Assembly (NCBI GenBank): GCA_963978095.1
Contig: CAXBQP010000012.1
Coordinates: forward strand, 1-57,142
Direction: 5' to 3'
Origin: an uncultured bacterium
GTDB lineage: Bacteria > Gemmatimonadota > Gemmatimonadetes > Gemmatimonadales > Gemmatimonadaceae
Length of the DNA: 57,142 nucleotides
This document shows, piece after piece, positions 20,982 to 31,294 of this stretch. Each line of letters begins with the position of its first letter. Positions within the stretch are counted from its first letter, which is position 1. The notes under the pieces are model-generated. The model made no database searches and was not told where the DNA came from. It saw nothing but the letters and a program-made list of their open reading frames with translations. Both the position numbers and the translations under genes were made by a program.

Positions 20982-22223
20982 TCAGGTGGGCCCAAGGCTC
21001 ACCAGCGTCTGCTGCTCCGGCGCGAAGAACGCAGCGCAACAGGCCGCTACGTCTTCCGGCGTGATGGCGTCGATCTTCGCCAGCACGTCGTCCAACCCGG
21101 CGTACGGCTCGCCGAACAACTCGACGGCCGCGGCACGGTACATCCGGCTGCTCACGCCCTCCATCGCCAGCGTGATCTGCCCCTTCACCTGCTGCTTCCC
21201 CATCGCGATCTCCGGGTCCGGGATCCCGTCCCGAACCAGGCGCGCGAGTTCTCCACGCACCGCCTCGATCGCGTGTTCCGCGTTCACCGGCGATGTTCCT
21301 AAATAGACCCCGTGCGTGCCGGAGTCCACATGGAACGACTGAAACGTATACACGGAATAGGCGAGGCCAAGCTCTTCGCGGACCCGCTGGAACAGCCGGG
21401 AGCTCATTCCGCCGCCGAGCAACGTATTGATCAGCACCAAGGTGTGGCGCCGCGGGTCGGCGTGCGGAACGGTCGCCGAGCCGAACACCACGTGAACCTG
21501 CGACCCCTCCCGCTGCACGCGGCGCTCCGACGGGGGCGCAGAGACCGGTGTCGGGGCCAGGGGGGCCTCTGCCGCTCCGGCCGGCACTTCGCCCCACCCC
21601 GTAGCCCCCAGAGCCCCGAGCAGGGCCTCGTGACTCAGGTTGCCGCTGGCTGCGACGACAATCTGCCCGGGCTGGTACGCCCGCGCGTGCAATCGGCGCA
21701 AGGCGTCGATTCCGATGGCGCCGACCGTCTCCCGGGTCCCAAGAATGGAATACCCGTACGGATGCGCCCCCCACAGCGCCTCGTTGTGCAACTCGAAGAC
21801 GAGATCGTCCGGCGTGTCGTCCACCATGGCGATCTCCTCGAGCACCACCTTCCGCTCAAGCGCGAGATCTTCGCTCCGCAACGCCGGACGAAACATCACG
21901 TCGGCCATGACATCCGCCGCTTGCATCAGATGCTCGTCCAGCACGCGCGCCTGGAAGGCGGTGTGCTCGCGCGCCGTGTAGGCATCAAGAGAGCCGCCCA
22001 ACGACTCGAGCGCTCCGGCGATCTCGTGCGCCGACCGGCGCGCGGTCCCCTTGAACACCATGTGCTCGAGGAGATGGGATATCCCCATCTCCTCTCGCGC
22101 CTCGTGCAGCGAGGCGGTACGCACCCAGGCCCCAAGCGCAACTGACCGCACCCCCGGAACGAACTCCGAGAGCACGGTCAATCCGTTGGGAAGCACGGTA
22201 CGCTCCATCCCCCGCTCTGTCAT
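20982..22223 (-). CDS. M16 (pitrilysin) family zinc peptidase
   Basis: HLLEHMVFKGT (HxxEH), GGGMSSRLFQRVREELGLAY. Usual position after pnp. Confidence 0.93.
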   Translation of the reverse strand: MTERGMERTVLPNGLTVLSEFVPGVRSVALGAWVRTASLHEAREEMGISHLLEHMVFKGTARRSAHEIAGALESLGGSLDAYTAREHTAFQARVLDEHLMQAADVMADVMFRPALRSEDLALERKVVLEEIAMVDDTPDDLVFELHNEALWGAHPYGYSILGTRETVGAIGIDALRRLHARAYQPGQIVVAASGNLSHEALLGALGATGWGEVPAGAAEAPLAPTPVSAPPSERRVQREGSQVHVVFGSATVPHADPRRHTLVLINTLLGGGMSSRLFQRVREELGLAYSVYTFQSFHVDSGTHGVYLGTSPVNAEHAIEAVRGELARLVRDGIPDPEIAMGKQQVKGQITLAMEGVSSRMYRAAAVELFGEPYAGLDDVLAKIDAITPEDVAACCAAFFAPEQQTLVSLGPT

Positions 22224-22233
22224 GCGGCTGCGG

Positions 22234-22267
22234 TGCTGACCGAGGCGCGGCGCGCCATCGGTCAGCA
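22234..22267 (-). terminator. Stem-loop after pnp (terminator or stability hairpin)
   Basis: TGCTGACCGA-tggcgc gcc gcgcc-TCGGTCAGCA, no U tract. Confidence 0.4.
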
Positions 22268-22271
22268 GAAC

Positions 22272-24512
22272 CTAGCGGCCCCGGCCACCACGACCGCCAC
22301 GACCGCCACTCCGGCCGCCGCGATCCTGACGCTCACCACCGTCCGCACCGCCCTCGGCCCCGGCCCCCTCGGCGGCAGGCGCTGCCCCCTCGGCGTATGT
22401 CGACTCCGCCGGCGCGGCATCACCACCAGGCTTCGGCACCAGCGCCTTCATCGACAGGCGGAGGCGCCCACGCTCGTCACGTTCGATGAGCTTGACCTTC
22501 ACGCGATCGCCCTTCTTGACCACGTCCTCGGTCTTCTCGGTGCGGCCCCACTGGAGTTCGCTGATGTGCACGAGTCCTTCCGTGCCCGGCATGATCTCGA
22601 CGAAGGCGCCGAAGGCCGTCGTGCTCTTCACCGGTCCCTCGTACGTTTCGCCGACGACCGGCTCGGCGGTGATCGCCTGCACCATCTGACGCGCACGCTC
22701 CATCGCCTCGGCGCCGACGGCGGCGATCGTCACGAGACCGCTGTCGTCCACGGTCAGCTCGGCACCCGATTCTTCCTGGATGCCGCGGATCGTCTTCCCC
22801 TTCGGGCCGATGAGATCGCCGATCTTCTCGGGGTTGATCTGCACGGTGATGATGCGCGGGGCCCACGGCGACATCTCGGGACGCACCGTCGGGAGCGCTT
22901 TATCCATCTCGCCGAGGATGTGGAGACGCCCTGCCTTCGCCTGCGCCAACGCTTCTTCCATCAGTTTCAGATCGAGCCCCTGGATCTTGATGTCCATCTG
23001 GATGCTCGTGATGCCGTCCTTCGTGCCCGCGACCTTGAAGTCCATGTCGCCGAGATGGTCTTCGGTGCCAAGGATGTCGGTCAAGATGGCGTACTTCTTC
23101 CCCTCCTTGATCAACCCCATCGCCACACCGGCCACGGCGGCCTTGAGCGGGATGCCGGCGTCGAAGCAGGAGAGCGAGCCGCCGCAGACAGAGGCCATCG
23201 AGCTGGAGCCGTTGGACTCGAGCACGTCGGAGACGATGCGGATCGTGTACGGGAACTCCTCGAACGGCGGGAGGACGCCCTGGATCGCGCGCTCGGCCAA
23301 GTTGCCGTGGCCGATCTCGCGGCGGCTGGTGCCGCGCACCGGGCGGACTTCACCCGTCGAGAACGGGGGGAAGTTGTAATGCAGCATGAACGACTTGGTG
23401 GTCTCCTGCTTCTCGTCGATGCTGTCCATGCGCTGGACGTCGTTGGCCGTGCCGAGCGTCGCGACCACGAGCGCCTGCGTCTGGCCGCGCGTGAAGAGCG
23501 CGGAGCCGTGCGCACGCGGCAGCAGGCCGGTGTCGATCGAGATCTGACGCACTTCCGTCGGCTTGCGGCCGTCGACGCGCAGCCCGCTCGTCAGCACCTG
23601 ATCGCGGAGTACGCGGTACTCGATGTCGCCGAGCACGCCGCCGATGAACGGGTGCTGTGCTTCCGGCAACTCGGTCTTGAGCGCGGTCTTGACTTCGTCC
23701 TTTACCTTCTCGACGGCCTGGATGCGCGTGTGCTTGTCCTTCTGGTTGATGGCCGCGACGATCTTCTTCTCCGCCTCCTTCGTGACGCGCTTCACCACTT
23801 CGTCAGGCGTCTCGACCTTGTCCCACGCCATCTTCTCGACGTCCATCTTGCCGAGGAGCTCCTCCTGGAGGGCGATGAGTTCACGGATGCCGCGCTGCGC
23901 GATGCCGAGCGCCTCGACGACGTCCTCTTCCTGGATCTCGAGCGCACCGCCCTCGACCATCACGATCGAGTCCTGCGAACCCGCGACCACGAGGTCCATG
24001 TCGCTGAACTCGAGCTGCTGGAAGGTCGGGTTGAGCACCCACTTGCCCTGCACGCGGCCGACGCGCACCGAGGCGATCGGGGCCGAGAAGGGGATCTTCG
24101 ACGCGTTGAGCGCGAACGACGTGGCGACGAGGCCGAGCACATCGGCGTCATTCTCCTGGTCGGCGCTGACCACGTAGACGAACACCTGCACTTCGTTCTG
24201 GAAGCCTTCCGGGAACAGCGGTCGGATCGAGCGGTCGATGATGCGGCAAGAGAGGATCTCCTCATCACGCGGACGGCCTTCCCGCTTGATGAAGCCGCCC
24301 GGGATCTTGCCCGCGGCGTAGGTCTTTTCCTTGTACTCCACCGTCAGCGGGAAGAACGGCAGCGTCGAGCGCTTCTCGCTGACGGTGACCGTGGCGAGCA
24401 CCATCGTCTCGCCGAAAGTGATGAGGCACGAGCCCGCGGCCTGCTTGGCCATGCGGCCCGTCTCAATGATAAGTTTGCGGCCCGCGAAGGTCCGCTCAAT
24501 GCGATGCATCAT
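22272..24512 (-). CDS. pnp: Polyribonucleotide nucleotidyltransferase (PNPase)
   Basis: FFPLTVEY, IPGGFIKREGRP, RREIGHG, SNGSSSMASVC, GDMDFKVAG, KH and S1 domains. Confidence 0.99.
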   Translation of the reverse strand: MMHRIERTFAGRKLIIETGRMAKQAAGSCLITFGETMVLATVTVSEKRSTLPFFPLTVEYKEKTYAAGKIPGGFIKREGRPRDEEILSCRIIDRSIRPLFPEGFQNEVQVFVYVVSADQENDADVLGLVATSFALNASKIPFSAPIASVRVGRVQGKWVLNPTFQQLEFSDMDLVVAGSQDSIVMVEGGALEIQEEDVVEALGIAQRGIRELIALQEELLGKMDVEKMAWDKVETPDEVVKRVTKEAEKKIVAAINQKDKHTRIQAVEKVKDEVKTALKTELPEAQHPFIGGVLGDIEYRVLRDQVLTSGLRVDGRKPTEVRQISIDTGLLPRAHGSALFTRGQTQALVVATLGTANDVQRMDSIDEKQETTKSFMLHYNFPPFSTGEVRPVRGTSRREIGHGNLAERAIQGVLPPFEEFPYTIRIVSDVLESNGSSSMASVCGGSLSCFDAGIPLKAAVAGVAMGLIKEGKKYAILTDILGTEDHLGDMDFKVAGTKDGITSIQMDIKIQGLDLKLMEEALAQAKAGRLHILGEMDKALPTVRPEMSPWAPRIITVQINPEKIGDLIGPKGKTIRGIQEESGAELTVDDSGLVTIAAVGAEAMERARQMVQAITAEPVVGETYEGPVKSTTAFGAFVEIMPGTEGLVHISELQWGRTEKTEDVVKKGDRVKVKLIERDERGRLRLSMKALVPKPGGDAAPAESTYAEGAAPAAEGAGAEGGADGGERQDRGGRSGGRGGRGGRGR

Positions 24513-24538
24513 GGGTGAATACGTGTGAGAATGGGGAA

Positions 24539-24586
24539 TAACACAAAACGCGCGGGCCGCAGGATGCGTCCGCGCGAATCGTGTTA
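24539..24586 (-). terminator. rpsO terminator / pnp leader stem-loop
   Basis: CGCGCGG..GCA tcc TGC..CCGCGCG followed by TTTTGTGTT, extendable by TAACACGA/TTGTGTTA pairing. Confidence 0.6.
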
Positions 24587-24596
24587 CATGCCGGGA

Positions 24597-24857
24597 TCAG
24601 TAACGCAGGCCAAGCTCGTCGATCAGCTTGCGATACGAGCCGAGATCGGTGCGCTTGAGATAGTCGAGCAGACGGCGACGACGGCCGACCATCTTGAGGA
24701 GTCCACGGCGACCATGGTGGTCCTTGGCGTGCGTGCGGAAGTGATCGTTGAGATAGTTGATCCGTTCCGTCAGCAACGTGACCTGGACCTGCGAGGAACC
24801 TGTGTCGGTGGGGTGCAGGCGATTCTTGTCGATCGCCGCGCTCTTTACGAATGCCAT
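24597..24857 (-). CDS. rpsO: 30S ribosomal protein S15
   Basis: [38 protein letters not shown]. Confidence 0.98.
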   Translation of the reverse strand: MAFVKSAAIDKNRLHPTDTGSSQVQVTLLTERINYLNDHFRTHAKDHHGRRGLLKMVGRRRRLLDYLKRTDLGSYRKLIDELGLRY

Positions 24858-24901
24858 TGTCTGTACCTAAATCCTTGTCGGTCTTTTGGTTGTAGCTTGG
24901 A

Positions 24902-24930
24902 AACATAGCAAATCCCCACCGCAGCATCAA
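24902..24930 (-). promoter_or_regulatory. Putative sigma70 promoter of rpsO
   Basis: TTGATG-17 nt-TATGTT with extended -10 TG. Confidence 0.65.
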
Positions 24931-24994
24931 GGGGGTTCCGCCACGTTCCAGCGCCTTGTCGGAAGAGGTCCGACGCGCGCCTTCCTCCCTCGGC

Positions 24995-26170
24995 TCAGCC
25001 CTTCCCCAACAGGCTCAGGGCCAGCCCCTTCAGATCGTTGAACATCACGATCACGAACAACACGGCCACGGCCGCGATCCCCACCTTCATGAAGTTCTCC
25101 CGCGTCCGGCTACTGAACGACCCGCCCTTGATCCCCTCCGCGACCGTCAGCAGGACTTGCCCGCCGTCCAGCACGGGAATGGGCAACAGGTTCAAGACCG
25201 CCAGATTGATGCTCAGATAGGCAATCAACGCCAGCAGGGCCTCCCACCCACCCTGCGCCGACCGGACCGAGACCCGCGCGATCGCGATCGGCCCGCCCAG
25301 CTGTGTGACACTCACGGCGCCGCGGAACAGCCCGCGGACGATCCCCACAATCGACCCGGCCTCGATCCACGTGGTCTCCCACCCCGCCGCGGCCGCCTCC
25401 CCCAACGTCAGCGAGGCATGCGCGACCGTTCCACGGGGCCAGACGCCGACCTTCCCGACCCGCTCTTTGGCGCCGGTCTGCGCATTGGCGCCGTCAGCGG
25501 TGTCCGGCACCACGGTCAGGGTGACCGGCGCACCACCGCGCCGCACGTCGAGGACGATCGGCTTTCCCGCGGACGCGGAAACCACCGACTGGAAATCCGA
25601 CCAGCTCTCGATGGCGGTGCCGTTCAACGCCACGATGCTGTCGCCGGGCAACACCCCGGCGCGGGCGGCCGGAAGGCCGACCACGAGCGAATCGACCACC
25701 GCGGGGAGGTAGCTGCGCCCCTTCACCGCATAGACGCCCGTGGCAATGCTGAACGTCAGGAGGACATTCATCGTCACCCCGGCCAACAGGATCACGACGC
25801 GGGCCCAGATCGGCTTGGACTCGAACCACCGATCCGACGGGACGGGTTTGGGTCCGTGCGGTAGCATCGCTTCCGGATCCCACCGCGGATCCTGCTCCGC
25901 GTGGGGGCGCGCCTCCTCATTGCCCCCCTCGAGCAGCGCGGCCGCCTCGTCCTCCTTGGACGCCATCCGCACGTACCCCCCGATCGGAAGCGCGGCGATC
26001 ACATATTCGGTCTCCGCCCCCTTGGCACGCCAGCGCACGATCGCCGGCCCCCATCCCAGCGCGAAGCGGGGCGCGTAGACGCCGAGCGCCTTCGCCGCGA
26101 GGAAATGCCCGAGCTCGTGGACGAATACCACGATTCCCAGCACGATGATCGGCGCAAGCCAAGCAAGCAT
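24995..26170 (-). CDS. rseP: RIP metalloprotease RseP
   Basis: HELGH, PIGGYVRM, one PDZ domain, NLLPIPVLDGG. Confidence 0.95.
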   Translation of the reverse strand: MLAWLAPIIVLGIVVFVHELGHFLAAKALGVYAPRFALGWGPAIVRWRAKGAETEYVIAALPIGGYVRMASKEDEAAALLEGGNEEARPHAEQDPRWDPEAMLPHGPKPVPSDRWFESKPIWARVVILLAGVTMNVLLTFSIATGVYAVKGRSYLPAVVDSLVVGLPAARAGVLPGDSIVALNGTAIESWSDFQSVVSASAGKPIVLDVRRGGAPVTLTVVPDTADGANAQTGAKERVGKVGVWPRGTVAHASLTLGEAAAAGWETTWIEAGSIVGIVRGLFRGAVSVTQLGGPIAIARVSVRSAQGGWEALLALIAYLSINLAVLNLLPIPVLDGGQVLLTVAEGIKGGSFSSRTRENFMKVGIAAVAVLFVIVMFNDLKGLALSLLGKG

Positions 26171-27300
26171 CAGTGAAGTTCCTGCACGAGTGAGCGCGCC
26201 GCGCGATCCGCGTCGCGCAACGAACCGATGCCGTCGAGGGGCCGATGGCCATGGGCAGCCAGCGCCGCGTCGATGGCACGCGGGATGCCGCCGAAGGTCA
26301 GGGAACCGTCGAGGAACCGTTGGACCGCGGCTTCGTTGGCCGCATTGAAGACCGCTGGTGCGACGCCGCCGGCACGCCCGGCCTCAAGCCCCATCCGGAA
26401 CGCGGGAAACGCGTCCGTGCGCACGGCCTCGAAGGTCAGCGCCGCCGCGGCGACAGGATCGAAGCGCGTCACACCGTCGTCCTCGAACCGATCGGGATAC
26501 GACAGCGCATACAGGATCGGGAGCTCCATCGAGGGGACGCCGAGCTGCGCGACGACGCTGCCATCGATGAACTCGACCATGGAGTGCACGATGCTCTGCG
26601 GATGCACCACGACGTCGATGCGGTCGTACGGCACGCCGAACAGGAAGTGCGCTTCGATCACCTCGAGGGCCTTGTTCACGAGCGAGGCACTGTCGACCGT
26701 GATCTTGCGCCCCATGCTCCACGTGGGATGATTCAGCGCATCCTTCAGCGTGGCATCGGCAATTCGGTCGGCCGGCCACGTGCGAAACGGGCCACCACTC
26801 GCCGTGATGATCAACCGTCGCACCTCGCTGGCCTGACGGCCCGCCAGGCACTGCAGGATCGCGGAGTGCTCACTGTCGACCGGCACGAGCTGCCCGCGGT
26901 TCGCCTGGGCCGCCGTCGTCACGAGCTCGCCCCCCATCACGAGCGACTCCTTGTTGGCCAACGCCACGCGCTTCCCCGCCTCCAGCGCGGCAAGGGTCGC
27001 TTCAAGCCCCGCGCTCCCCACGACGGCGTTCAGCACGACGTCAGCCGACGGATCCGTCGCCGCCTGCACCAACACCTCCGCACCGGAGTTCCAGTCCGCG
27101 GCCGCACCCTGCACGAGGCCCACGTACGCCGGGCGCCAGGCGGCGACCTGTTCGGCAAGCAACGTCGCGTTCGAATGGGCGGTCAACCCGCGCACGTGGA
27201 AACGATCACGATGCCGATCGATCACGCGAAGTGCCGCGGTGCCGATCGACCCGGTGGCACCGAGAATCGTCACGCCGCGCGTGGCGGTCGACGGGGTCAT
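26170..27300 (-). CDS. dxr: 1-deoxy-D-xylulose-5-phosphate reductoisomerase
   Basis: LGATGSIG, LANKESLV, PVDSEH, HPTWSMGRKITVDSA. ATG overlaps cdsA stop. Confidence 0.97.
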   Translation of the reverse strand: MTPSTATRGVTILGATGSIGTAALRVIDRHRDRFHVRGLTAHSNATLLAEQVAAWRPAYVGLVQGAAADWNSGAEVLVQAATDPSADVVLNAVVGSAGLEATLAALEAGKRVALANKESLVMGGELVTTAAQANRGQLVPVDSEHSAILQCLAGRQASEVRRLIITASGGPFRTWPADRIADATLKDALNHPTWSMGRKITVDSASLVNKALEVIEAHFLFGVPYDRIDVVVHPQSIVHSMVEFIDGSVVAQLGVPSMELPILYALSYPDRFEDDGVTRFDPVAAAALTFEAVRTDAFPAFRMGLEAGRAGGVAPAVFNAANEAAVQRFLDGSLTFGGIPRAIDAALAAHGHRPLDGIGSLRDADRAARSLVQELH

Positions 27301-28154
27301 CTCGGGGCCGGAATCAGGAGCCAACTCAGCATCGCGAAGGCGAGCGGGATCGTGAAGACCAGCGAATCGATGCGATCCAGCATGCCGCCGTGGCCCGGGA
27401 TCAGCGTGGAACTGTCCTTCACCCCGGCCTCACGCTTGAGCATGGACTCGACGAGATCGCCGACCTGCCCGCCGGCGCTCACGACGGCACCGAACAGCAG
27501 CGCGCCGTGCAGGGTGAGTCCGAGTTGCGCCACGGGGGGCAGCACGTAGCGGGTGTACACCACGCTGACGGCGATCCCCACCACGAGTCCGCCGACGGCA
27601 CCGGACACCGTCTTTCCGGGGCTGACGGAGGGCATGAGTTTCCGGCCACCCACGGACCGTCCCACCACGAACGCGCCACTGTCGGTCAGCCACGTCACCA
27701 GTAACGGCAACGCGACGAGCGCCGCACCGGACGCGGCGCCGATGGCGTAGGGATGGTAGCGCAACGCATACGCGAAGCTGAGCGCACCGCCGGTGTAGAC
27801 GATGCCGAGCAGCGTGCTGCCGATCGTCTCCATGGGCTTGCCTGCGGAGCCCCGCGTGAACAGCGCCACCGTGAGCAGCTCCAGGAACACGAGCATCAGC
27901 ACGGTCAAGGAGGGGGTCCACCAGCCGAGCACGTTCGCGTGCGCCAGCAACGGAATCGCCGCGCTCAGCAGTACCCCGTGTCCGGTCAGCGGATCGCTGC
28001 CGGTGCCGCTGACCATTCGATAGAACTCGCGAGCAGCGATCCCGCTCGCGAGCGATAACAGGATGGCCAGCGGTGCTCCGCCGACGTACACGAGGTACAC
28101 GGCGAGCGGCGCCGCGATCACGGCGAAGGTGACCCGCTTGGAGAGTTCAGACAC
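27297..28154 (-). CDS. cdsA: Phosphatidate cytidylyltransferase
   Basis: SPGKTVSG, GDLVESMLKREAGVKDSSTLIPGHGGMLDRIDS. Confidence 0.96.
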   Translation of the reverse strand: MSELSKRVTFAVIAAPLAVYLVYVGGAPLAILLSLASGIAAREFYRMVSGTGSDPLTGHGVLLSAAIPLLAHANVLGWWTPSLTVLMLVFLELLTVALFTRGSAGKPMETIGSTLLGIVYTGGALSFAYALRYHPYAIGAASGAALVALPLLVTWLTDSGAFVVGRSVGGRKLMPSVSPGKTVSGAVGGLVVGIAVSVVYTRYVLPPVAQLGLTLHGALLFGAVVSAGGQVGDLVESMLKREAGVKDSSTLIPGHGGMLDRIDSLVFTIPLAFAMLSWLLIPAPR

Positions 28155-28181
28155 CTGGCTCTCGCTCCGCGCTCGACGCGA

Positions 28182-28934
28182 TCAGGGGCGTACGCGCCCG
28201 AATCGGCGATCCCGATTCTGATACTCCGCGATGGCTTCGTACAACTCACGTCGGCTGAAATCCGGCCACAGCACGTCGCTGATGACCAGTTCCGTGTACG
28301 CGACCTGCCACAGCAGGAAATTGGAGATGCGCTGTTCGCCGGAGGTCCGGATCAACAGGTCCGGATCCGGGCACCCGGCGGTGAACAGCTTGGCCTCGAA
28401 CGCGGCGTCGTCGACCTGCGCCGGCGTCAGGCGCCCGGCCGCGACATCCTCGGCGAGCAAGCGGGCGGCGCGCGTCAACTCCGCGCGTGCGCCGTACGAA
28501 ATGAAGAGATTCAGCCGGAGCGTGGAGTTGTGCGCCGTCTGCTTCATCACCCGGTCGACGGCGGAAAACGCCGGAGGGGTCAGCCGATCGAGTTCCCCGA
28601 GCATGCGGACTTGGACTCCCTGCTCCTCCAGCTCGTCCGCCTCCTTCTGGATGTACTCCTCGAGCAGCGACATCAGCGCCGAGACCTCGCCGGCGGGACG
28701 CCCCCAGTTCTCCTGGGAGAACGCGAACAGCGAGAGCACTTCGATGCCGGCCTCGATCGCCCCTTCGACCACCTCGCGCACCGCCTTCATGCCGCTCCGG
28801 TGACCCAGCGGACGGGGCAGCATGCGCCCACGCGCCCAGCGTCCGTTGCCGTCCATGATGATGGCCACGTGGCGAGGAATCGCCCCGTGCTGCTTGATCT
28901 GGTCGAGCAGACCGGCGGAGACGGACACCGTCAC
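28182..28934 (-). CDS. uppS: Undecaprenyl diphosphate synthase
   Basis: HVAIIMDGNGRWA, FSQENW.RP, DLLIRTSGEQRISNFLLWQ. Confidence 0.97.
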   Translation of the reverse strand: MTVSVSAGLLDQIKQHGAIPRHVAIIMDGNGRWARGRMLPRPLGHRSGMKAVREVVEGAIEAGIEVLSLFAFSQENWGRPAGEVSALMSLLEEYIQKEADELEEQGVQVRMLGELDRLTPPAFSAVDRVMKQTAHNSTLRLNLFISYGARAELTRAARLLAEDVAAGRLTPAQVDDAAFEAKLFTAGCPDPDLLIRTSGEQRISNFLLWQVAYTELVISDVLWPDFSRRELYEAIAEYQNRDRRFGRVRP

Positions 28935-28976
28935 GGGGTCACGTCGCGCGACGCGATGGGAGGGCGCGGCTGGTCA

Positions 28977-29531
28977 TCAGACTTCCATCAACTCCGCTTC
29001 CTTCGCCTTCGATGCGCCCTCGAGCTTGGCGATGAACTCGTCGTGCGCCTTCTGGAGGTCCTTCTCGGCGTGCTTGACGTCGTCTTCCGAGACGCCATCG
29101 AGCTTCTTGAGCAAGTCGCGCGCATGCGTCCGCGCGTGGCGCACCGCGATGCGCCCATCCTCGGCGTACTTGTGCAGCACCTTCACGAGGTCCTTCCGGC
29201 GCTGCTCGTTCATGGAGGGCAGCGGCACGCGGATCATCGCTCCCTGGATCGCGGGATCGAGACCGAGGTCACTCTCGCGGATCGCCTTCTCGACCGCCTT
29301 GATCTGCCCCTTGTCGAACGGGGTGACGATCAGCACGCGCGGCTCCGGCGCGGAGACTTGCGCGCACTGGTTCATCGGGAGGAACGAGCCGTACATCTCG
29401 ACCTTCACCTGATCGAGCATGTTGGGCGAGGCCTTCCCCGAACGCACCGTCGAGAACTCGCGCTTGGCGGCCTCGACGCCTTTCTCCATGCTCGTGCGGC
29501 ACTCCTTCATGATCGTCGCGATGTTGCTCAT
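28977..29531 (-). CDS. frr: Ribosome recycling factor
   Basis: [32 protein letters not shown]. Confidence 0.97.
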   Translation of the reverse strand: MSNIATIMKECRTSMEKGVEAAKREFSTVRSGKASPNMLDQVKVEMYGSFLPMNQCAQVSAPEPRVLIVTPFDKGQIKAVEKAIRESDLGLDPAIQGAMIRVPLPSMNEQRRKDLVKVLHKYAEDGRIAVRHARTHARDLLKKLDGVSEDDVKHAEKDLQKAHDEFIAKLEGASKAKEAELMEV

Positions 29532-30253
29532 GAGACGAGGGTCCCCACCTTTTCGCCGCGGATCGCCTTGATGATGGCGCCGGGCTGGTTGATGTTGAGC
29601 ACGATGAGCGGGAGCGCGTTCTCCTTGCAGAGCGTGATCGCGGTCTGGTCCATCACGCCCAGCTCGCCGTGCATGACCTCTTTGTAGCTGATGTGCGCGT
29701 ACTTCTTGGCCGTGGCATCCTTCTTGGGATCCGCCGTGTAGACCCCGTCGACGCTGGTCGCTTTGATGATCAGGTCGGCGTTGATCTGGATGCCGCGGAG
29801 GACGGCCGCGGTGTCGGTGCTGAAATAGGGATTTCCCGTCCCGCCCGCAAAGATCACCGCGCGTCGCTTCTCCAGATGCCGGATCGCACGCCGACGGATG
29901 AACGACTCCGCCAGCTCCTCCATGCGGATCGCCGTCATGACGCGCGTATCGAGTCCTTCGCGCTCGAGAATGTCCTGGAATGCCATGGCGTTGATCACCG
30001 TGCCCAGCATTCCCATGTAGTCCGCACTGACGCGATCCATGCCCATCTTGGAGAGCTGCGACCCGCGCACGATGTTGCCACCCCCGATCACGAGGCCGAC
30101 CTGTGCGCCCGTGTCACTGACGCGCTTGATCTCCTTGGCGTACTTGGTGACCATCGTGAAGTCGAAACCGACCCCACGCTCTCCGGCGAGCGCTTCGCCG
30201 GAGAGCTTGACCAGTACCCGCGGGTACCTGAGCGGCTTCTTGCGAGCAGCCAT
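29528..30253 (-). CDS. pyrH: UMP kinase
   Basis: [36 protein letters not shown]. Confidence 0.98.
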   Translation of the reverse strand: MAARKKPLRYPRVLVKLSGEALAGERGVGFDFTMVTKYAKEIKRVSDTGAQVGLVIGGGNIVRGSQLSKMGMDRVSADYMGMLGTVINAMAFQDILEREGLDTRVMTAIRMEELAESFIRRRAIRHLEKRRAVIFAGGTGNPYFSTDTAAVLRGIQINADLIIKATSVDGVYTADPKKDATAKKYAHISYKEVMHGELGVMDQTAITLCKENALPLIVLNINQPGAIIKAIRGEKVGTLVS

Positions 30254-30259
30254 CCGAGC

Positions 30260-31150
30260 TTATGCCTCTCCCATCTGGAAGCGCGCGAAGCGCACCACCG
30301 ACGCGCCCGGCGTCCTGGCCACGAGCTCCGCGATCGTGATGCTGTCGTCACGCACCCACGGCTGCTCGAGAAGCACCTTCTCCTTGAAGTACTTGTCGAG
30401 GCGGCCGACGACCATCTTCTCCGCGATCGCCTGGGGCTTCCCTTCCGCGGTGGCCTGCTCGATCAGGAACTGACGCTCCTTCTCGACGACCTCGGCGGGG
30501 ACATCCGCCTTGCTGACCGCGATCGCCACGGTGGGGACGCCGGCGGCCAGATGCTCCGCCACGTCGTAGGCGCACTTGCGGCCGGCCTCGCCGGACACGC
30601 CCGCGACTTCGACCAGCACCGCGACCTTGCCGTTGAAGTGCAGGTAGCACCCGATCGCCCCGCGCTGCGTGGCGAAGCGCGCGACACGACGCAGCGCCAC
30701 GTTCTCGCCGGTCTTGGCGGCCGCGGCTTTGACGACTTCGCCCAGCGTCTGCGCCTTGTCGTGGTGCCAGTGGCGGTTCATGAGGGCATGATCGGCCGTG
30801 ATATCGGCGACGCCGTCGAGCGAAGTGTCCTCGCCGATGTGATGGGCGACGAGCTTGGACAGCGCGACGAACTCCTCGTTGCGGGCGACGAAATCCGTCT
30901 CCGAGTTGAGTTCGATGGCGACGCCCAGGGTGGCGTCATCGGAGACCCAGGCCACGATCTGTCCTTCCGCGGCCGCGCGGCCCGCGCGCTTCTCCGCCTT
31001 CAGCATCCCCTTCTTGCGCAGGATCGTCGACGCGGCCTCGGCGTCGCCGTTGGCCTCCTCGAGGGCCTTCTTGCAATCGCCCATACCGGCGCCCGTCTGG
31101 GCACGGAGGGCGGCGACCATGGATGCGGTGATCTTGATTGGCTCGGACAT
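30260..31150 (-). CDS. tsf: Translation elongation factor Ts
   Basis: LRAQTGAGMGDCKKAL, ELNSETDFVARN. Confidence 0.98.
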   Translation of the reverse strand: MSEPIKITASMVAALRAQTGAGMGDCKKALEEANGDAEAASTILRKKGMLKAEKRAGRAAAEGQIVAWVSDDATLGVAIELNSETDFVARNEEFVALSKLVAHHIGEDTSLDGVADITADHALMNRHWHHDKAQTLGEVVKAAAAKTGENVALRRVARFATQRGAIGCYLHFNGKVAVLVEVAGVSGEAGRKCAYDVAEHLAAGVPTVAIAVSKADVPAEVVEKERQFLIEQATAEGKPQAIAEKMVVGRLDKYFKEKVLLEQPWVRDDSITIAELVARTPGASVVRFARFQMGEA

Positions 31151-31294
31151 ATCAGTCAGTCTGCTATAGTGGCGAGTGGACGGGCGCCGCCGACATTCGG
31201 GTGAATGCCGACGGCGATGGAAACTTACCCTAGGTGACGCGGCGGGACGAGAGCACCGGCCGGCGGGATTACCGCCGACCAGGGCCCGCCCCGG

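Noticed and set aside
19824..22223. M16 peptidase as part of a peptide-utilisation locus with susCD
   Set aside because: It has no signal peptide and its position after pnp is common in many phyla, so adjacency is weak evidence.
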